From: Euglena gracilis
Taxonomy: Eukaryota
Direction: 5' to 3'
Assembly (NCBI GenBank): GCA_039621445.1
Contig: CP154954.1
Coordinates: 19,144,642-19,208,641, forward strand
DNA: 64,000 bases
Both the position numbers and the translations under genes were made by a program. The notes under the pieces are model-generated. The model saw only the letters and a program-made list of their open reading frames with translations. It was not told where the DNA came from and searched no databases. Positions 41,601-52,900 of the stretch are shown here, piece by piece; the stretch's first letter is position 1, and each line of letters opens with the position of its first letter.

Positions 41601-44600
41601 TTGGGGCAAATTAGTGTTAAAAATTTTTCTGGCATATAAACTTTCAAAAAAATGACCTCTTGACCCTGGGGTCGGTCAGGACCCTCCTTTGCAGGTGGAG
41701 GGTTCAGTCCCTCTTCAATTGGACTCCCCTCCTGCTGGACTGAAGGGGGAGTCAGTCCCCCTTCAGTCCAGCAGGAGGGGAGTTCCTTTACAACATACAA
41801 TATACACCCTTCATATATCGAACCCTGCACATTCCAGCCCACAAATAAAAGTCCAATTTTTTTTAAGTGCTGCCGTTGCGCATCGGTGCAATGGATCTCC
41901 TCACAGCGCCCCTTGTGTGCGCTTCTGGTTGCGCATACGTGCGAGAGTCACACATCGTCTGATGTCAGATCGTCAGATCGTGGAATTGTGCATCGGGTGA
42001 CCATTGCACACGGCTGCCATAACCGTTGCGTTCTGTGTCCTGTAGTGCGGGGGCCGGAGTTGTGGATAGTGAGTGGACTACAGCGTGCAATCCACACCCA
42101 CTTTCTGCGGAGCTGAAAACACGGTGAGCCAGAGAGCTCTGTCACCGAGAGCTTGCAGGGGGGTATAATATGGAACCACTGAGGTATACGGGTTGGGGGC
42201 GAGTCCAGGGGTTTTTAAGACCGGGGTGAGGGGGGTCCCCCCACCCACTCACCACCTGGGGGGGCCGCCCCCGGGGGTTGGTCCCGGGGGACCCACCCAC
42301 TTTCCCCCAAAAATCGCCGAAAATGCCGAAAATAGCACCCTTTTCAAATTCTCAGCGCCTTCAGTGACAAAAAGTATATCCCACTGGCCCCTGGGGGGAC
42401 CCCCCTGGGGGGGGGCTCGGCTGGACCCACCCACCCCCCCCCCCGGGGGTCCACGACTAAAAAAAACCCCTGGGTGAGTCACAGGTGCTCACACCCAAAA
42501 GCGACCTGCACGGTGAAAGGTTTCCGGTCTTCCTGCCGTGGGGTGCTGGCCGGGTCCAATCGGCCAGCAGACCCGGACGTTCTCCGGGCCATCCAGGTCC
42601 ACCTCCGTCACGATGCCGACGTTGCCCACCCCCCCGTCCTGGTCGCCCCACTGCCACGTCTTGCCGCGGACGACGCGAGTGCGCGCAGGAGGGCGGTGGT
42701 GGCGGCCCAGCAGGATCGGAACCCCCGCCAAATAACTCGGTGCGGTGCCAAACTACCGGAAGCATCTTCCCCCCACCTGCCAGGTTTTTTGGCTATTGCT
42801 TTTGGACCAGGCTTGTGCTTAGTCGGGTGCCCACCCCACGGGGGGGGGGTGCTAGGGGCAGGCACCCCATAGCACCTGATCCGACCCCCCCTGGGGGGGG
42901 TAGGCTTTTGGGGGGGTGCCTGCCCATAGCAGGCACCCCCCTCCGACCCCGGCGCCTTTGGCGCCAGGGGCCCAGAAAAGGCCATTTTTAATGAAAATGG
43001 CCTTTGAAAATTTGCTGGGTCCTCCCCAGACCCCTATCCCCCCCCCCGGGGGTGTGCCTGCTAGGGGCAGGCAACCTACAGCTCCCCCCCCCCCGGTCGG
43101 TGAGCACAAGCATGTTTTGGACCCTTGAGCAGTATCACCTTAAAAAAGGGAGATTAATGGTAATTTTTTTGTGGGCTTGCCCCCTTCCAAGTCACTGCCA
43201 GGGTCAAGGGAACCGCCAGGTTCCCTTGACCATACCATTGGCGGCAAGAAACCGGATAACTTTTCCAAACACCGAAAGTTGCTGGTTCGAAGAACGGGAA
43301 ATAAAACCAGAGGTTTTGTGTGAGTCATGGGACACACCAATAATTGATTTCTCAGAGTACCCCTTTTACTGGTGACAATAACACAATGACTCATGTTACT
43401 GATTGTTATTATTGTCACAGACTCCTGGGTACCAACGTGCCAACGAGTGTACTTGCCACCGCCTATGCTGAAGCCACAAAGAAAGGGTGGGGATCAGGAA
43501 ATGACTGATGAAACAGCAAAACCATTCGTCTTGACACAACGAGCAGTGGTGAGGCATCCAAAACAGCACCCCCCCCAAAAAAACGTCACCTCACACAATG
43601 GCCACACAGCAAAATTCCCTTGTCCTTGAGACACCAAATATTTCTCGCAATGGCCCCTGGCAAAGATTTGGGGAGGACCTTTCAGGTATGCACAAATGTC
43701 GAATTACAACCCCCTCCCCACACAAACTACAAACACCCAAACTACCTGACTGGATCCTATGAATGAAGAGTAGAGAGTTTGCCAGGGACCCGACACTTTC
43801 CGTGGCAGGACCCCAACAGATTTTGAAGCATGAGAAACCACAACGCCGAACAGAACACCAAGGGAAGCTGTCGGCAACGCAGGAAAGCTCGATGTGGCTT
43901 CAATCGAGGGCCACGTTGAACGTGGCCCGCGGCACCCAGTGCGACTCTGAGCTGCTGAACTCCACCAGGCACATACGGTCTGTGGCGTCGTACCGCGTCA
44001 CAGTGCCCTGCTTGGATGCGAGTGGGGCCAGCCGCACCGCATCCGCCGGCGGTGACCCCGCATGCCCTTCCTACCACACCATTGCTTAGCGACCCCCCCC
44101 CCCCGGGGGTTATTTTCCATCCTTGCGTTGGCAAGGCAATAATGCCAAAAAGTCTCAAAAAACCCGAAAAATTTCCGGCGCCTTTGGCGCCGGGCCAGCC
44201 ACCTGTTCATTTTCGGGCCTACCCCACCCCCCGGGGGGGCTCTTGGCCAGAAAACCAGTCAATTACTCTTAAAAAACTAGTCAGTCACCCCCCCCCCGAG
44301 GGTGGGATGGGACAGGTGTTAAGCAATGGTATGCTAGCTACCCGCGCACACCAGGACTTTGCATCAAAAGGATGACATATTAATTCCCTAGGACTGTGTA
44401 CACCGGAGCGTCAGAAATATCCAAACGTGGGAATGAAAGTTTTAATTTGATGTGGGGAGCCCCCAGTCAACGGGTGCTTTTTCTTTTTCAGCCAGAAATT
44501 GACCCCGCAGAATGTGGATCCGCTGTGGGTGTAGAAAATAAATATACAAACAAATATATGTGTGTATAGATGTGTTCCATTCCCCCCCAACCTCCAACTA

Positions 44601-46848
44601 CATGAGTCATCAAACCTGGGCTGTCGAAGGGGCGTCCACAGCCCCTCCCTTGGTTCAGGAGGCCTTCTGTGGACCGAGGAGACTGCAGTCTTTTCGGGGG
44701 TGGTGATGGATGTGCATGCGACCACGATCCCTTGAATCGTCTCCGCTCTGCGCATTAGCACTCGGTGGCCCATGATGGAGCACCAGTCCCCGCCGGCTGC
44801 GGCAGCAGGGCACCCCCGCTACAGAACACCCGCGCGACTGGATGGCGCGACAAACCGTCAAGGTGTGGCAGGGGGGGATTTGAAAATGCCCTTTGGTTCT
44901 GTGTTGTGACAGGAGCCATCGGTCTGGGGCAGCCATGTCCCCAACAAGCTGCGCGACCCGTTTCTGGGGTGAAATGACAGGCACCCCCCCCCCCCCGTTG
45001 GTGGTCAGCTTCGGGTCCATGCTTGTGCTTACCAACCGGGGGGGGGGGGGGGGGGGGGAGTGGGTGCTATAGGGTGCCTGCCCCTAGCAGGCACACCCCC
45101 CCCCCGGGGGGGGGATAGGGGTCCGGGCCGGACCCAGAAAATTTTCATTGAAATGGCCATTTCCGGGCCCCCGGCGCCTTCGGCGCCGGGGTCGGAGGGG
45201 GGTGCCTGCTAGGGGCAGGCACCCCCCGAAACCCTACCCCCCCCCCCCCGGGGGGGGGGGTCGGATCGGGTGCTATGGGGTGCCTGCCCCTAGCACCCCC
45301 CCCCGTGGGGTAGGCACCCGACTAAGCGCAAGCCTGTTCGGGTCCCAGCTGGGGCCAACTGCTGCCCCCACAAAAGAAGCCTGTTACCCTGGGACCCCCC
45401 CCACATTTGGAAATTGCGTGCTCCAAACAAACACCCCGTCAAATGAGACCCAGGATCAACTCCACTTCAGCCCCAGACACGCTTCTTGTTGAACCCAACC
45501 CACGGCGCATGACACGCCCTGTGTGGGGGATTTGACCGCTGCGTCGTTCTGGCCGGTTGCGGGTCCTCCACCCTCGCCCAAGGGTGTGGTCGGCTGATTG
45601 GGGCCAGGTCGTTTGGGGTCGTGGGTGCGTTGGTCCTGAGCACATCTGAGGGCAAGGGCATAAGGCAGGGCACCACCTATGGGGGGGGGGGAGACTGTCT
45701 GAGACAATCCCCCCAGGTAGACAGGTAGACGTTTGTGAGTTGCCTTTCCGATTGGTCTTGGATGTGTGACCTGAGTTCGGTACTTGCGTGGGTGTGTGTT
45801 GTATGTGTGTGGTGTGTGCCTGTGTGTGTTGTGCTCCGTGAAGCTTCGAGCGTGCAGTGACAGGGAGCCAGCCGCTTCAGCAGGTCACCATGAAATTCCC
45901 ACCCATAGAATTTTTTACCGACCCCTGGGGGAGGGGGGGTCACTCCACTTTTCGAAAAACCAGTCAATCACTTGTTTTTGGGGAAACCAGTCAGTCACTA
46001 CCCCCCCCGGGGGGGGGGTCGGCCACTCTGGAATTCAAAGGAAACTTGACCAAAAACGTGAAAAAAGGCCAAAAATTTTCCGGTGCCATTGGGCGCCGGG
46101 TCACTTGTTTTTTTTGCCCCCCCCCCCCCTCGTGGGAGAGAGGGGGTCCGGGCCAAAAACCAGTTAGTCACTCTGAAAAAAACCAGTCACCCCCCGGGGG
46201 GGGGTCGGCTAGTGACTAAGTGATTGACTGTTCCCACCCCCTTGGACTTGGGTTGGCTAAATTGCACCCCCTCCTGCCTGCCCGCAGAACGCCACCTTGT
46301 ACTTTGGACTTTGCACGTCATGCAACAAGCCTTGGCAAGTCCCTGAACACCCCCCCCCCCACAACCGCGTGCAAATGCATTGCATTGCAGGGGAATGGGG
46401 AACCAAACAACCTGGTCGACCGGAAGAATCGCAGCCAAGTCGTAGCTCAGGCACGGTTTCTCCGGAGAACTGAAAACAGGAAAAGTCATTACAGAGGTTC
46501 ACCCCCCAAAGCTTCTCAACTCAGGGGACAGCACGTCGGTTCATCACTGAACATCAGATGGGCAGCCTTCCAACCACCATTTGAACGTGCAATATCGAAA
46601 TACCGGTCCATGCTTTTTGTACCCCTCTGTCACGGAGGTGTACCCTTTTTCAAACCATGTATTTATACGTTGGACAGCCTTTTAAAATCCTTAAATTCTG
46701 CGACCAGGGGTTTTTTTAAAGACCGGGGGGGCGGTCCCCCCCCCCCCACCCACCCACCCCCTGGGGTCGCCCCGGAGGCGGGGGACCCACTCAACTAATT
46801 TTCCCCGAAAATATTATATATATTAATTATAACATTATATTTTTTTAT

Positions 46849-46927
<79 letters not shown>

Positions 46928-49900
46928 GTAAAACCCCCTCCCAACCCCCCCAAATAACCCCCCCTATATATGTATATATATGTATATATATTATATATTT
47001 ATATGTAAAACCCCCTCCCAACCCCCCCCCCCCAAATAACCCCCCCCCTCTCGGGGGCTGATTTCGAGCGCCCCTGGGTTCCTTGGGTTTTCCATGTAAA
47101 TAGAACACCCCCCCAAATAACGCCCCCCCCCTGGGGCCTTGGTTCGGGTGCCCAAATAACACACCGTAGGGGTGTTGTTTGGGGGGGGTTATTAAATATT
47201 ATAATAATAAATACATATATTATATGTATATATTATACAAATAACACCAGGGGGAAATAACATCAATAAAAAGTCAGGTTTCAACGCTCTGATAAATATT
47301 CCTTCATGATTACTACCACTACTAATACTATTTTTACTACACAATTCCTTTATGGGTTATCATACCAGCGAATGAGAATGCACCCTCTTTGGTTCTTTCC
47401 TTTGGATCAGAAAAAAAATGCTCCCCTCAGAATGGATGGTTGCAAAAGAAAAGATGGTTGCAGAGGTGAGCAGCAACTTGTATTCCACCATTTGACCCGT
47501 ATGGCACAGCGATACAGCAAAGCGGCAATTCCCTTCCAGCGGTGCCATAAGATTGACATGATGGAAGTTGAAAAAAGATTGCCATCCGGCTATGCAAAAT
47601 GAAGCTGCCGCATTTTTCGGGAGAAAATGTCCCCAGAAGAGAAATTTTCAATGCCCCCCACATATACAACCCCTTCCTGTGTCCAACGACCGGGGAGCAG
47701 CCGGGGGGACATGGATACTGGCAGAAAAGTTCCAAAAAAAAGCCAATGCTCACTTAATACCCTGCCCAAAGCCCCCCCAAAAAGCATTTTGGGCAATTAG
47801 ACTTAGACATAGGGGTTCGTTGGATTCAATTTCACCCTGAGTTTCTAGCCAAGGTCCCAACGATATACCTGTCAGCAAGGGATGGGTAGGGAGGCTTTGA
47901 AAATTGTTCCTTCATGATTACTACCGCTACTATTATTACTATACTGTTCCTTTACGGGTTACCACACGAGCAAATGCAAATGCACCTTCTATGGTTCTTT
48001 CCTTTGGATCAGAAAAAAATGATCCCCCTCAGAATGGATGTCCCTAAAAGATGGTAGCAGAGGTGAGCAGCAACTTGAACTCCACCATTTGACCCGTGTG
48101 GCACAGCGACACAGCAAAGCGGCAATTCCCTTCCAGCGGTGCCAGAAGATTGACATGATGGAAGTCGAAACAAGACTGCCATCCGGCGATAAGTATCTTT
48201 GAGGAGGAAATGCCCCCATATATGCACCCTCCCTCTGTCCAACAACCAATTTTTTTTAAAAAAAAACCGTGCTCCTTTCTAAAAACGACTCTCACTTTTA
48301 CTGCCACCCATAAATTTTAGAAGACTCGGAAGATTCTAGACCATACCATTGCTTATCGACCCCCCCCCCGGGGGAGGGTGTCACTTTTCACTTTCAAAAA
48401 AAAAACAACAGTCCGTAACTTTTCAAAAACCAGTCACTCACTTCCAACAATGGGGGGGTCACTTTGGCCACTCAAGCCAAAATGGCCTAAAACAATGGAT
48501 TCTGGCCAACCTCCCCCCCAAAAAATTCTGGCGCCTTCGGCTCAGGTTTGCCACTTTGGGCCATTCCTGGCCGACCCTGGGGGGGGGTCTGGAGCCAAAA
48601 CCAGCCAATTCTCTCCGAAAAAACCAGTCAGTCACCCCGAGGGGGAGGGGAGTGGCCCGACAGACATTACAAAATGGTATGCCCTGGACGTTGCACACAT
48701 TCTGGTCCAATGAGGAAGATTTCACTTCAAAACTGCAGTTTTTTGGGTCCACCTTGGTTGGGGAAGACGAGGAAATTCAAAAACAGCCAAAAAAAAAAAC
48801 TGGACCATTTTCCTTCATCTGACAGCGACTTCAAACTGATGTGAGATCCGGGCAGCATCCAGAGGTTTTTCATGACTGTGGACAGTTTGCAAGGGAAAGG
48901 GGACAGAGAACAATGGACCCGGGAGGGGAGAGGGGGTATAGATGTCGTCAGCCTCCTACCACGGGGTCGTTGGGCATAGGGGGGGGGGAATTAGTTTGAC
49001 AGGCTGGTCTCCGGGGCGAGGTTAACTGTTCCTTGGGCAAGATGTTTGGGGAGTGGCGTGCTCTGTACTTCATGACGAGCAACCCAATTGTGAACTGTCA
49101 GCAGGGGCACACCCCTTCGTTCATTGCACTTTTGCTGTTTCATTGCGTTGTCCTGGGGGCCAACCTTCTGGCCAACACCGCCGCCGGGGGAAGCTCCACG
49201 CCGTCCACCGTGATCGTGAGCAGCCCCCCGGCCACCGTCATCGCAACAGTGCTCCCCGGTGCTACCGCCGGGGTGGGGGGGCCGATGGCCATGCCGGTGA
49301 CACGCTGGGACTGGTCCCCGCAGCGAAAAGGAAACACATCGAGCTGCATCATGATTTGAAGGCGGTTTCAGACGAAGACATCCAATTTTTTTTTGAAATT
49401 GATCAAATTGCTGTTTTTTGAAGAAAAAAAACAGTGTTGAATAAAAAAGTAGTGTTAAATCAAGAAACGCCGGCTGTTGGAGAGAAAAGTAGAAGGGTGC
49501 GGGCCGCGCATGCTGGGTGTATGCGCACATCAGGGGTGCCTAAATGAGCGGTTGTCCGTGCACAAAATGACTTCATACACACAGCCATCTTCCAAAACAC
49601 ACCTGCCGTCCCAACGCCGTCGACCCGCCGTCCCAACGCCGGCATCCCAGCCTGTGCCCATGGACATGAACCGTCCCTCCTGCCGGGCGCCCCTGCGCGT
49701 GAACACCAGCCCCACGCTTCCCGCCAGCGCCACTTTCCCCAGGTAGTGGTCGGGGGCAGGGCCGTGTGCCGGGTGGGGGCGGGGGATGGCATGGCAGGGA
49801 ATTTTAATTAAAGACCTGGAATATGCAAAAAAATGCCACTTTTCCAGAATTTCGATTATGCAAAAAAACGCAAATTATGCAACTTGCATATCCGTATTGC

Positions 49901-52900
49901 ACGAAGCTATGACATCATATATTTAACGTATCATCACAAACATCACAATGCAAACCATAATACTAATGGGCTCATGCTGCTGACGACGCTAGATTGGTAG
50001 GGTGTCAAGAGGGGAAAACACACAAAAGAAGTGGGTGTGGGTGACCAAAAGTGAGTGGGCGGGGACCCGACCCACTCACTTTTTCCCGAAATGGCCAACA
50101 ATCGCGAAAAATGCTAAAAAAATTAGCACCTTTTTCAAAAAATTTTGGCGCCGAAAAATATATCCGCTTGGGGGGATCCCCCCCGGGGGGGGGCTCGGCC
50201 GGATCCACCCACCCAACCCTCCCCCCCCCCCCGGGGGTCCAAGACAAAAAAACCCCTGATGGCACGGCAGCCGGGGGAGCCTGGCATCGCAGCCCATCTC
50301 CTCCGCGGCTTCCCTCGCCATCTACCTCACCTCTCCACCCCAGGAGGTTGCCACCTTGCGAGTCAGCCGGCGCCAGCCAAAATGACAACGCTCCGCAGGG
50401 GCCCGGAGGGGACTACGCAACATGACACGGAGGGTCGGGGTGGGTGGGGGCTCGGTTGAACCCAACGCCGGCACGCCATCCCCAGACTGACAGGAACGGC
50501 AAACCTTCAATAAGTATCGAAATCGGGAAGGGGGATTGATCGGGGTGGGCACGGCATGTGGAAACGCATTTGGCGCACAGCGGACCTGGCGGCCACACCC
50601 ACTCAGGTCCCTGCGAGGCCTTGGCCAAATAGGCGGTCAGGAGAAATCCGGGGACCTTGAGCAAATTCGACCCCCCTCTCAGGTGGGGGGGGGGGTGCAG
50701 TCCCCCGCTCTGACCAACCTCTCCTCCACCAGGCCTTCTCATGTAGGTAATGATGTAATATAACGCAGTCTTTGAAACACACTGGTGCAAAAGTCTTTAC
50801 GACAACCGCAATTTTTTGCCCAAGAAACCAATGTAACTCTGGCTGCCCGCATAGCTCTAGTTTCGGACATACGCCACGTCGAAGCCTATGACAAGCCAAA
50901 ATTTTACAAAAAATGGATCTTGGACTGTGTGGTAAAAAAAATACGTAATAAAACAATAATTTTGAGTAAAATAATTAAAATAACCATCCTACAACTCTGG
51001 AACCCTGAGGAGTTAGGCTCTGGAGGTTGGTGCGTGACTGCTTTTGAAACAAGCATCAAAAAAATAACCAAAACTCACTGGTACCATAAAAGGCATTCAG
51101 AAAACCTTGAAAGAGCTTAGGTCACCGCTTGGGAAAACATATCGGACGAGCTGCCGGCCCCGAGCCAAGGCCTGGCCCTGGCGGTCCAGCACCGCGCCGA
51201 CCGCAAAAGGGCCCGCGAGGTCCGCCGCCACGATCCGCAGCCGGACGGAGTGGCGGCCGCCGGCGGGGAACGTCTGCCGGGTGACGGTGGTGGAGTCCCG
51301 GGACGTCCTGCGGGGGCAGGCGCCGGCCGGGCAGGGCCCTCCCCTGCCCCCCCCCCCCCCGGGGGGGTCCACCCCAGGGGTTTTTTAATACCGGGGGGGA
51401 GGGGGGATCCCCCCCACCCACCCACCCCCTGGGGGCCCCCCGGGGGGGTCCCTGGGGACTCACAAAAAAATGGCTGAAAAATCGCGAAAATGCCAAAAAA
51501 GCACTTTTCGGCGCCGAAAAGTATATCCCACCCCCCTCCCGGGACCCCCCGGGGGCTCGGTGGGACCCCCCCCCCCCCCCCTCCCCCCCCTCCCCCCCCC
51601 CCCGGGGTCCACGACTAAAAAAAAAAACCCCTGGTCCACCCACCCACCCACCCACCCGCTCGCCTAAAACCACCCTAAATCAGCCGGAAGGCGTTTTTAT
51701 ATTTTTACAGCCCAGTCTTCGGAAGGGTCTGGCTGACCCATGGCACACCCCACCCACCCCCACCCCCCCCCGGCGGGGTAGGGGGTCCAGCGGCCACGGC
51801 CCAACCACCAATTCTCGACCCCCCCCCTCCTGCAGGACGGGTCACGCAAATGTTAAATGAGAGGAGGGGGGTCGCAAAGACCAAACTTTCGAGGAGAGCA
51901 AAAGAAGCCAACTCCTCGCAACGTCCATTCGGATACTAATCCTCCCCAAATACAAAATAAACCTGTCCCCCAGAAACTGTCACCTGACACCGGTTGGTGT
52001 TTCCCAGGGGGCGCAGGATAAGAATATAATATACCCACATCTAAAATAGGAATATAATATACCGGCAACAAAAATTGGGTGGGGTTGGGACGAGAAAGGT
52101 ATTTAACTTGGAGATTTCTCAAAACGCAAAACATGCACACTTTAAATCAGAACTTTGTACCGCTTCTATGCCTTATTCCAGGTTCATACTGCTGCAAGTA
52201 GATCACATACTGATCAGTTGACTGCAAGTTCAGTATTTTTTTGAAGCCACAAACAAGGTCTAGGGCAAAAATCCAGTAAAAATCCCGCAGGTTGCTTGAA
52301 AAAGAGACCAGGCTCTAAAAAAAAAACAAAAAAAATGCCCAATATACGTTGATGGTTAAAATAATAAAACAATGAAATAATAAATGGTAAAATGATAAAC
52401 AATAATCATAATACAATGATAATTTCAGGGGACTCTTTCAATATACGCAACAAACCTACAGTTCATGAAAAGCGAAAATTAAGCGGAAAACAACACAAAA
52501 TTCACTTTTGATGCTAAGCTTGGGAAAAATTGTTGTTGTTGTTTTCAGTATGACAACATCCCTCGGCTATCTTCTGGGGAGCCCAACCGACGGTAGGGTG
52601 CCCTCGCATTCAAATCGGTCTGCTGATGCCTGGCCACCACGCACTGGCGTCGTCGTGGCTGCAGGCCACACTCCGCAGGTTGTCCCGGAAGTTCCATTTC
52701 CCACAGAAGGGCCTTCCCGGGCTTCTTTTTAAGACTCCCGGAGGAATCTCCCCAACCACCCAGCCCGGTCGAAGAGTCTTCTGAGGTAAAAAGAAGCCCG
52801 GGCTTGCCATCCTCGGCCTGCGCCAATGTGCGCTTGAGGACCCGGTCCAGCGGGTCGCTCATATGGCCACCGGAGCTGGGAGCAGAACACTCTGTGGGGG

